A DNA stretch of 49,340 nucleotides from Halocafeteria seosinensis (Eukaryota), in assembly GCA_001687465.1 (NCBI GenBank), contig LVLI01000043.1:186001-235340 (forward strand). The letters are read 5' to 3'. The first letter of the stretch is position 1, and each line of letters opens with the position of its first letter. The translations under genes and the position numbers were made by a program. Shown piece after piece: positions 22,001 to 28,208 of the stretch. Below the pieces are notes generated by a model. That model made no database searches. It was given only the letters and a program-made list of their open reading frames with translations, and was not told the origin of the DNA.

Positions 22001-25000
22001 CCCCGTTGAACTCGGCAATTCCCTCTAGGTTTATCGTAAAGTTCTGTCCATCGAACTCTTGGTTAGGTCCCAAAGTAATATAGTCGTCGCTGCCTAATCC
22101 GTTTGCCACCCAAACGATGTGGCAGGTCTGAAACAATCTGGAGCCGTCTCCAGTCTTTTCGACACACCTTATATTGTCCAGCTGCTCTCGTGGATTATCC
22201 CGTAACTGTGGAAAACTGTAGTTATCCGGTACGAACCAAACTTCATCAGACCATTTGCTTTGTGGTGTCTCATACAACTGTCCCCAGATGTCTTTCAGAT
22301 CACCTGAATACCCAGTCAAGCTCGGAGAGCTCGAAAAGCGATCCGCGACGATTCGCTCACTTCCCGCTGAATGCACTGCGTAGCGTACGTCTATTTCACC
22401 CCGTCCACCAATACCCCCAATCATGAACGTTTTATCAGGAGAGCTCGACAACATATATACATTTTTGATAAGCACGGTACCATCATATCCGGCATTATCC
22501 CCACATATACCTCCAGTGGAAGAGCTATCTGAAGCCACTCCCCCTGCTGTGTAAGAATCCTCTATTTCCATTCTTGCATCGAGAGCAGCTCTACCGCCAC
22601 TAATCCCTCCAGCCGCATCTCCAATGATCCTTCCTGTTGTAAAGCATTGCCGTACGCGTACAAACCCTCCGTTAAATCCACCACCGAAACCGAAAGAGTT
22701 GGGGTCGCCACCTATGATCCCCCCACTGTAGCGTCCGCTAATTACTCCAGTAGAGAAACAGTTAGTGATATACGCCTCCGCTTCGTCGTTCTTCCCAGTG
22801 TCAGAACCACATATGCCACCAGCCAAGTCGCCTTCTATAGCTCCGGAAGAGGAACAATTAACAATCTCGACAAACCCATCACTGTACCCCACACCTTCAC
22901 CTGCAATGCCTCCCACCGAAGAGCCGGTTAAATTTCCGATCGAATAAGAATTATGGATAAGTACTCTTCCTCCATGACGGCCGTTACGGCTTCCGATAAT
23001 TCCACCACTCTTGTCTCCTCGTACTTCTCCAGTAGAACTGCACTGATCCACTTCAAAGTATTGCTGGTCCTTTCGGACCAAAAAGCCTCCAGAATTTGCT
23101 GTAGCTCCGCTTTTAATATGCACATTGCGTATCACCGGAGCCTCCTCAAACGAAGACACTGTATCGCTTATCTTAAACATACCCTCAAAACCATTTACAC
23201 CCATCAAGTGGATGGTGAAATTCTTCCCATCAAAGACCTGGTTACGCCCTAAGACGATATGATCAGATTTCTCATACCCGTTTGAATGCCAGTGAATGTC
23301 GCATGTTTGAACTAGTTGCGATTCCGTTGCGTCGCCATTCTGTTCCTTTATACACTGTGAGTCCGCAAGGCGAGGAATGGGACTTGGAGTCGGTTTGGGA
23401 GTGCTGGAGGAAGATGGCCGGGGTGTTGGTCTCTCAGGCCTCATCGCAATATTCGCTGAACTTTGAGGATTGTTGCGTAACTGGGGAAAAGTGTCGTTAT
23501 CGGAGAGGAACCAAATATCGCTAGACCAAACATTCCGATACAGTTTTCCCCAGATATCAATGAGGTAGCCCGAGTTGCCTGTCAAGGTAAGGCCGTAAGC
23601 ATCAATATGCTCATCAACTACATGGTTTTCGTCTGTGACACTAACACCGGCGGCATGTACTGAGTAGCGAACATCAATTGAAGGGGTGTAAAAGTGTGTG
23701 TCAAGACCTCCAATCATGAACGTCCTTGCAGGAGTCTGTGAGAGCATGAATACATTGGTAATAGAAACGCTGCCACCGGTATACCCAGTCTCCCTACCGC
23801 ATATTCCTCCTGATCCGTGAGTACCAGACTCAACGCTCCCCACGGTATATGAATCACGAAGTTCCACAGTTCCTGCATCACCTGTATATTTCCCAGTAAT
23901 GCCGCCTGCGGCATTAGCACTGATATTACCAGTAGTAAAGCATTGCCGTATCCTCAGGAATCCATCATTGGAAGCACTGTAACTGCCAACAATCCCACCA
24001 CTCTTCTTGCCATGTATCCTCCCCAACGAGTAACAGTAACTAATGTACACGGTACCGTAGTCCTCAGCAGCGTACGACCCACATATTCCGCCCGCACCTG
24101 ATCCTTCAATAGCTCCTGACGAGTAGCAGTTAGAAATGTCGAAACTGTCACCATCCCTCCCCGCATTAGCGCCGGCAATACCACCACTTTCATCCCCCGT
24201 AAGTGTTCCTGTCGAATGACAGTTCCGAATAAGAACGTGCCCCCGGTATCCACTCTTTGAGCCTGCAATACCGCCACTTCTATCTCCGCGAATCTCCCCA
24301 GTAGAACTGCAATGATCTACTTTGACATGCCGTTGACCATTTTGGACAATGAAACCACCTTCGGCTGCAGTAGATCCGTTTACGACATGGACGTTCTGAA
24401 TTGACGGTGCGGCTTCAAAGGAGTCTACTTGATCACTAATCGTGAAGAGACCGTGAAACCCGTCGACATCGTCCAAAGCTATGGTAAAGTTCTGACCATC
24501 GAAGACTTCATCAGCTCGTAAAACAATGTAATCAGAGCTATTCAACCCACTAGCCTTCCAATGAATGTCACACGTTTGAAACAGTTTCCAGCCACTCTCA
24601 TCTCTCATAATACATCGCGAGTCCAAAGGTGGTGGAATGCGAGGCGAAGCAGATGCTGATGGAGCGGTGGCAGTGTTCGACGATGAGGCAATAGCAGTAT
24701 TGGTTGTCAACACAGGTGACGATGTCGAAGAACGGTATACGCGGCGTGTCTGAGATGGAGTTGTAGTCGGACTCGGTGCCTGAAAAGGAGACATGGTCGG
24801 AAGTTGATCTCTTGGGTGATAACTCTGCGGATTGTTTCGCAACTGGGGAAAGCTTTCGTTGTGGACCACGAACCAAACATCACTATTCCAGGAATGCCCT
24901 TCTGCTTCGTATAACGTTCCCCGGATATCATGCAGGTCCCCAGAATTTCCTGTGGTTTCAAGACTGTTGTTGGCGTCGAAGCGTTCCACTAGGAGCGCGT

Positions 25001-26144
25001 CACCAGTCTCGCCGCTACGCGTGTCATGTACAGAGTAGCTCACTACCACCGTATGTGCAGCTGGAGAAATCCCACCGATCACAAACGTACTTCCATTATC
25101 ACTTGATAAAATGTAACAATCTTCGATAAACACACTTCCCCCATTCAGCCCAGCGTAGGTTCCACAAATCCCTCCTGCTTCCATGGCCATCTCTGGTGTT
25201 TCGTGGGCACTCTTAGCAACGTGGCCAGTTGTGTAACAGTTCTCAATTCTGAGTGTACCGACGTCGCCAGCACTTGCCCCAGCAATACCCCCGCTTCCAA
25301 AGGTGGTAATGTTCCCTGTTGTGTAAGACTGGGAGACTTTGACAAAGCCGCCACTGGATGAGCATTGTTGACCTAAGATTCCCCCACCAAAGCGTGCCGT
25401 GATAGCTCCGGTAGTATAGCTTTGAGTGACGTAAACTTGGGAAGCAGTTGCCCCAGCCCTCTTCTCAGCCGCTTTACGACCACACAAACCACCAGCCCCT
25501 CTTCCTTCCATGTCCCCCGTAGAGTGGCACTTATTGATAGTGACTCGACCGCCAGCGAATCCAGCACTACCCCCAATAACCCCTCCTGCACCCGTTCCAG
25601 TGATTTTCCCGGTAGAATATGACTGTTGAATGAGGACTTCACCTCCTTCTAGCCCACTGGTGGCTGCAGCAATGCCACCGCTCTCTGTCCCACCAATACG
25701 ACCGGTGGAGCTACAGCCAACTAACTTCAGGAATTTTTGACCGGGTCTAGTGATAAATCCTGCAGAGTCATCTGTGGCACCACCTAGCGTATGCACCCTT
25801 TTGATTAAGGGAGCATCGTCTAAGGTAGTCACTGTATTGTTGATGCTGAACACCCCTTGGAAACTGTTCATGCCGTTCAAGTCAATGGTGAAATTTTGCC
25901 CATCGAAGACTTCATTTCTCTCCAAGGTGATGTGGTCCACATTAGTGTAACCATTATCTTTCCAGTGAATGTCACACGTCTGGAGAAGCTTCCCGTTGGA
26001 GGAGTCAACGTAGATACATTTCTCCTCCGTGCGAAGGTCACCGCTGCTCGCAACGACCATAGGGACTGAGATCGCAGCAGCTCCCAGAGCTATGACGGGG
26101 AGCAAGTTTCGAGAAATGGGCTTCATGTTTTCTAGAAGCTGCAT
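13020..26144 (-). CDS. Giant single-pass membrane protein (~4370 aa): signal peptide + 7 GLUG-like beta-helix modules + Pro/Ser/Thr stalk + REJ/PKD1-like region + degenerate GPS-like segment + TM + short tail
   Basis: Uninterrupted ORF. The track start at 26153 is GTG; in-frame ATGs are at 26144 and 26126. Hydrophobic N-terminus LLPVIALGAAAISVPMVVA. Many STGxIxGxxxGGIxG turns. REJ-type motif NLPPRRG...WQDLDMPLEYAF. TM helix GGAVAGIVIGLIAAATIIGIVVHF followed by RRK. Confidence 0.85.
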   Translation of the reverse strand: MQLLENMKPISRNLLPVIALGAAAISVPMVVASSGDLRTEEKCIYVDSSNGKLLQTCDIHWKDNGYTNVDHITLERNEVFDGQNFTIDLNGMNSFQGVFSINNTVTTLDDAPLIKRVHTLGGATDDSAGFITRPGQKFLKLVGCSSTGRIGGTESGGIAAATSGLEGGEVLIQQSYSTGKITGTGAGGVIGGSAGFAGGRVTINKCHSTGDMEGRGAGGLCGRKAAEKRAGATASQVYVTQSYTTGAITARFGGGILGQQCSSSGGFVKVSQSYTTGNITTFGSGGIAGASAGDVGTLRIENCYTTGHVAKSAHETPEMAMEAGGICGTYAGLNGGSVFIEDCYILSSDNGSTFVIGGISPAAHTVVVSYSVHDTRSGETGDALLVERFDANNSLETTGNSGDLHDIRGTLYEAEGHSWNSDVWFVVHNESFPQLRNNPQSYHPRDQLPTMSPFQAPSPTTTPSQTRRVYRSSTSSPVLTTNTAIASSSNTATAPSASASPRIPPPLDSRCIMRDESGWKLFQTCDIHWKASGLNSSDYIVLRADEVFDGQNFTIALDDVDGFHGLFTISDQVDSFEAAPSIQNVHVVNGSTAAEGGFIVQNGQRHVKVDHCSSTGEIRGDRSGGIAGSKSGYRGHVLIRNCHSTGTLTGDESGGIAGANAGRDGDSFDISNCYSSGAIEGSGAGGICGSYAAEDYGTVYISYCYSLGRIHGKKSGGIVGSYSASNDGFLRIRQCFTTGNISANAAGGITGKYTGDAGTVELRDSYTVGSVESGTHGSGGICGRETGYTGGSVSITNVFMLSQTPARTFMIGGLDTHFYTPSIDVRYSVHAAGVSVTDENHVVDEHIDAYGLTLTGNSGYLIDIWGKLYRNVWSSDIWFLSDNDTFPQLRNNPQSSANIAMRPERPTPRPSSSSTPKPTPSPIPRLADSQCIKEQNGDATESQLVQTCDIHWHSNGYEKSDHIVLGRNQVFDGKNFTIHLMGVNGFEGMFKISDTVSSFEEAPVIRNVHIKSGATANSGGFLVRKDQQYFEVDQCSSTGEVRGDKSGGIIGSRNGRHGGRVLIHNSYSIGNLTGSSVGGIAGEGVGYSDGFVEIVNCSSSGAIEGDLAGGICGSDTGKNDEAEAYITNCFSTGVISGRYSGGIIGGDPNSFGFGGGFNGGFVRVRQCFTTGRIIGDAAGGISGGRAALDARMEIEDSYTAGGVASDSSSTGGICGDNAGYDGTVLIKNVYMLSSSPDKTFMIGGIGGRGEIDVRYAVHSAGSERIVADRFSSSPSLTGYSGDLKDIWGQLYETPQSKWSDEVWFVPDNYSFPQLRDNPREQLDNIRCVEKTGDGSRLFQTCHIVWVANGLGSDDYITLGPNQEFDGQNFTINLEGIAEFNGVFRTSGAEKSFENAPVIKNVHTVNGKTAASGGFIVQEGQRFFEVRQCTSNGEIKGEGSGGISGSRTGYNFGEVLIRESHSTGRVTGSGAGGIAGDDCSSKEGRLSITNCFSLGSIEGFEAGGICGSDAAEDDSSLTTAGSRVYIGKCYSAGVISGTGSGGIVGGDSANNGGTNSVGGLVRVLQCFTTGNITGSGAGGISGHYTALAGSVEIKNSYTIGTVEPSSVGTGAICGEETGYDGGSLVIESVYALSSYPAREFLIGGVSYIINFDFDSEADVDVRYSVYGAGKGRTGAHTMIDENSQASGITLEGNSGDRFDIWGKLYRTWRRMWSDQIWFLPSNQSYPQLRNNPHSAANVPEMPGEPKIRPSPSTTPRPTPSAAPRFRNAPCLTHEYDSDGSKWIQNCDIQWKANGYASNDHIVLEAAETFEGNNFTINLNGVYDFDGLFRISSTVDSFQDAPLIKNVHTINGTTSYDNAFIVQGEQSFFEVDHCSSNGEVSGSGSGGIAGSSVGGDIVIRNSFSMGSLTGTGVGAIVGERACDSGGSVSIINCYSSGTIDGFGAGGICGSDAVPNIYYDAKQQLYISDCYSVGNIRGSGSGGIVGSDSARDGGFVQIQRCFTAGKILGSAAGGISGSLTGFGGYVTIRESYTLGDVAASAGGSGGICGDRTGAGGGYVFLEDVYMLSTAPSRTFLIGGVSLGSSNVSVTFSVHSTHPDRSGPVYLAGKNHALLGNAQGNSGDLRDIEGALYRQPQHVWSNETWFILDHDSFPLLKQNPQPFPTTVKIPDPRVPALSESDCVGKNEDRTVLFFSCDINWNEAGYATTESIILGPGQIFDGRNFTVNLDGVNQFKGLFQVSSDVRSLENAPLIRNVHTVNGTTAEEAGFIVQGGQQFFKVEHCSSTGEIRGTASGGIAGRRSGIARGRAVVRQSHSTGSITGSRAGGIVGDGAGVQRGVVEVIRCHSVGVIEGNNTGGICGPEGGRGELYVDKCYSTGTIMGFTSGGIAGGSSLADPVVGSVEDEGGYLRISQCFTMGDIRNSGAGGVCGSRRWSQGTITISDCYTTGDIAPYALSAGGVFGAIVDSSVSLAITNVYMLSRYPSKPFVVGGISVNMYTRPGEVNITYSVQDTGGSITGPASLVGRRNGDFRISSQGNSGNLDDIRRQLYQHGRHQWSDEIWFIPEGEKFPQLRYNSQPPDHKREFSDFSLSPSNTACLGRRDDSAVLFQSCDIDWGSSGYSNLTHILLEANETFDGQNFTINLHGMDSFRGLVRVGDSVKSFEDAPLIKNVHTVQGTTADDAGFIVQARQRFFRVQHCSSTGEIRDLGSGGIAGSKVGHTDGRVHIEESRTTGAITGRGSGGIVGMEAGSDGGLIEISGSYSLGGISGDEAGGIGGAATGRGFSSRVFINSCYSGGNIGGRGAGGIVGGSSANYGGFLRISQCFTVGDILSSASGGISGWETGWSGTVQIEDSYTTGSVRASYDAGGICGDDTAGDRGVVFINHVYMLSTSHVAMIGGISHDAEIKALIVNSSVHSTPSDATGLEHIIGSNYWYGDEHVTIVRNSGDLKDILGKLYHGWSNEVWYVPDDNSFPQLRSNPQSASAVRDRQRGIQSPSPVPSGATANSPSATPSRGHGSASVSPAAGTASRTRTVTPSAASASRTRTVTPSAVRDASVSPAAASASRTRTVTPSPTVTPTGTPTRSRNPSVTATSTVLPSNLHPPAITNRPMLDPLETLFTISFNMPTNRANLGIRFECLDLIFSDIGSRANVFDKCSWQDPQTLLVLLRSPTVDREEFGTTIGTGSNITVRGGMIQRQGGSVAMPETVVQLGAPDSTPDVDFFVDFQRVISNCGDQDIQVTSVVGDGRKEGISWEWNLEAVVQFGGANITNSQRVSGIHKNVSSATLRNQDFLFLSREQLVGGAIYKIQLQGSNEFGSVHEKLIEFEVLDYLSPSVVFEQLPNTQFPASAGADFEASVGIDQCQDQTTQLSALTSDFTFSWRLIDPRGKELGVSLFRQPDPRRLNIPSGRFVPYSDNYFVQFNVTAVPIGGGETLRTQSQAAFRVIPSGVTASINGGDRKVRTQSTLELDGSGSKSPDEGQPDLPSGWQFRYRFSWHCQFTESYGMERNCSQMLLDNTHNNEAIVVDSGKLQSLHESAGSPPEMRMKFSLTVDMHLDREKYGSFHSRATDEVTITLVPNRIPTMRIDSVVSEGSTNTPAITNHNGQSIYRINRGDYVTIFGSVDDTDDIRKEWALANRLDPLLANIMDSPSRFNDRLAIRSDSLSEGVTYTFRFSGRFEDEEMHGTAEVPVMVNLPPRRGELVLASSDEIVSDTTSVILQARGWQDLDMPLEYAFYYGFSEDFESSTLMSPSGEKRSITTTIPSPSQGNDVWLFVRVIDSLGASAIASKHVTVEQPSVEQKQAFFDREAENAEQCVALSDSACVARAAREAFRAGQSFSRQRLLQTSSANNRMAELLDLLESSLKSYVNYDELAQMYIDSLSNAAGSSGVNERFSEEVVRLENQVLGKNFESGRNQFRYDHALASRSLEVNSRTLFDNLRMGSSRFNYSVFYFTHQSAQLIGESVLLGLEDGTSTRTVAAPFASVPTFCDRNPSVAVFSRRLAGDVPFEIVPSAQHGVGVSDLEFEDCGQDPVDTSTSPRAVSKVKGKATDATTVIAEEYADPPSDIPPGASIKEAGKKSTTVERKLGQLRKRFAELLPQGNKLTQDGGQLQLQSESRGSGSLPMQDNLTPLTRDIASKTLRITAMHTPSGNEGTEINSNWTVTLPLFPDTTGNLTTALDIDGILRGDRDIPVSEINCSNQEEVSIACTDYFNGNQQVFYFKCDSSLAGSTIEILCPQTLIVPVLLRSGNTVPQEWSDEPHSINFDGRHVSANTTKTGLFTSTLFTTNTGVAGRVKSTESSSSADSANAGSTGQVSGGAVAGIVIGLIAAATIIGIVVHFRRKTSDVSRPTPETPSNATWDVYFGTHDEEAQPSRTAKH
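16942..17106. repeat. Near-identical short nucleotide tandem repeats in the mucin-like stalk (ASRTRTVTPS x3, ASVSPAA x2)
   Basis: gaaggcgtaacagt(g/a)cg(g/a)gttctggaagca occurs at 16942, 17011 and 17050. ccgctgctggcgaaaccgatgca occurs at 16976 and 17084. Confidence 0.9.
17215..26020 (-). repeat. Seven tandem ~1.2-kb coding repeats (GLUG-like modules)
   Basis: Each module opens with C-x(10-16)-C(D/H)IxW...F(D/E)GxNFT(I/V)xL and closes with (G)NSGxLxDIxGxLY...W...W...(F/Y)PxLxxNP-like. Approximate spans: 26020-24826, 24620-23463, 23360-22188, 22172-20950, 20848-19673, 19618-18425, 18376-17215. Confidence 0.9.
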
Positions 26145-26662
26145 CGAACACACAACAAAAAACTGTTACAAAAGAGCCGTTGAAACAGAACGACTCAATG
26201 AGTCACGACTAATGAGGCGCCAGCTGGTTCTTCGCTGCCTCTTTGACTCCTCTCCAGAACAAGCACCTTCCTTCTCGGAGCCCTTTCACTTCGATCCGTA
26301 TTTTGCATAAAGTTCAATTGTATGCGTGCTTTATTCAACGGCACAAGCTTCCCCTAGACGTTCTGTCCCTTTTCTTCGAGGTTCACGAAAGTGCGAAGTG
26401 CTGGCTTCCCTGGCAATTCCCCTACGAAGCTTACCTTACCTTTTTTTTCCCCTTTTGACTCCCCTCGATATTTTCGAGAGTGGACGGACACGATCAGCTA
26501 TGTCCCTTTCGCAATCTAGGTTAAGTGTCTACTGCACCCTTTTCAGTATGTGCGCAAATTGCTGTCAGCTGAAAAACCTGTTTTTAACCAAGTCCTGCTG
26601 CTAAAAAACAAGTCGTCCACTGAATCACATTGTGTCCCTAAGAATATGAGGTAGTATGACCG

Positions 26663-27216
26663 CACATCACACCTCAGCTGGGCAGCCTGTCACGACTTTC
26701 TGACGGGAGAACAACAATCTTTCCTTGGTACTTGTCCGTTGCGCCAGTTGCGCGACTTATAGCGAGAACGGTGACTTGCGAGACACAATTTAAAGTCTTG
26801 TTGGGGCCAACCAAATTGTGGAACGTTCCTGAATCAAAGGAGCTACTCCTTGCTGTGCTGGGAGCGCTTGGAACGCGCATTCATGGTGACCCAACAGGAC
26901 TGGAAGGTACTTGCGACATACCGTACACGTCCTTGGACTCTTGCGACACAGCAACAACAAGAATAGGCAAAGTACATGCGTGGAATAGTCAGCCTGAAGC
27001 CACTCACGACCGGAGAAGTTGTCAGTGAGGACAGGCAGTATCCCGAAACGATCACACTCCACACACACTCCCTGCTGCTAAAGCGAAGCAAATGGCTCAA
27101 GCTCGCCGTAAAAGACTAAGAAATATGGCTCAATACCCGAGTGCAGTATGCTGTAAAGCCTGGAAGCTATTGCCGCCTATAATAGGCCCCCCCGGGAGAT
27201 CAGGAGGTGTGAGGTG
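26663..27216. mobile_element. Possible degenerate mobile-element relic (imperfect terminal inverted repeats; weak RLE-endonuclease-like peptide)
   Basis: cacatcacacctc (26663-26675) and gaggtgtgaggtg (27204-27216) are a 12/13 inverted match. An internal frame reads KLWNVPESKELLLAVLGALGT, resembling the LW...V(I/L)GALG end of restriction-like endonucleases of R2/R4/NeSL-type retrotransposons. No target-site duplication is evident. Confidence 0.25.
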
Positions 27217-28208
27217 ATTCTAGAAGCATGGAATTGACCACAATCGATGACAATCAAACGAAGTGCGAAAACCACCGTGCCGTTTATATGCATCTAAGTA
27301 TTGTCCAACCAGAAAAGGGCAATGTGTTTGCCACACGCACAGGGATTTTTATGGTTACTGTTGTTACAGTCAGTCGATTGCACCGTATGTATGTATGCGA
27401 GCAACGACAACAAACTGTTCGGGACAATTTGGATGTCTCCTGGGTGGTGGGTGCCATGGCTTGGCAGGGCAAATGGAAGTGGGGGAGTTGTAGCATCTAA
27501 AGGTGCCCAGTCTCAAACTCAGGCTGGATTTCGAACACCGGGAGGGAGACCATGCATGTAAATGTACCTTACGTACAGTAGCCGGTACAGCCATGCACGC
27601 AGCGTACCGTACCGTACACTTGTATGGGCCACCGTTTCGCCCATACATACAGTAATTTATCAAATGGCGGGAGGAGATACTAGTTCCCAAAAATAATGTA
27701 GTAATGTTTAATGTCGTTCTATCGTGTCGAGTCGTGGTCTTGTCGTTCATTTCCAGTACCGTAGATAAAGTGATGTCGAAACCGAAGAAATGAAACTCTA
27801 CCGGCGAGTTTGTAAAGTTCCGGATTCTTACAACTCGATAACGAGTCGTTTTCCCCAGCATTACCTGGCAGCTCGTGCATGGTGGGTAACAACAGTGGTC
27901 TTGGTCGAGAACACTCCCTTTACCCTCAATGGCTCTGCATTGCAAGTTGCAACACTCTACAGATCAGCAGATCTCCAACAACCCAAGTTGAAGTTGAAGT
28001 TTGAAAAAGCGCGCGTTGGTTGGGTGCTCGTTGTATTATGCAGGACGTGTATTCGATGACAGTGGGTGGTTGGTTAGTGTTATACGCACATGCCGCGGAT
28101 GTATTGAACGTGTGTGCCTAGCTGTCTGTCTGCGTTTCTGCTCGTGGCTTGGAGTTGGCTTGTCCATCCCCCTCCTCTCCTCCGTGCGACCGACTGCGAC
28201 AACGGAAA

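Noticed and set aside
17215..26020. Periodic repeats as a CRISPR-like or non-coding array
   Set aside because: They are diverged in-frame protein repeats with no identical repeat-spacer structure.
73..26069. Many 60-210 aa ORFs antisense or off-frame within the dynein and giant genes
   Set aside because: Shadow ORFs of long coding sequences with no recognisable motifs.
27621..27690. Hairpin plus downstream CTAG as a Helitron 3' end
   Set aside because: The CTAG is about 30 nt from the hairpin, farther than typical, and there is no other Helitron evidence.
27370..27945. 191-aa minus-strand ORF
   Set aside because: No motif, Cys/Arg-rich non-coding-like composition, and it overlaps the GTAC island.
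27938..27953. ttgcaagttgcaac as an RFX X-box upstream of IQUB
   Set aside because: Poor match to the GTTGCCATGGCAAC consensus, and RFX is not expected in this kind of protist.
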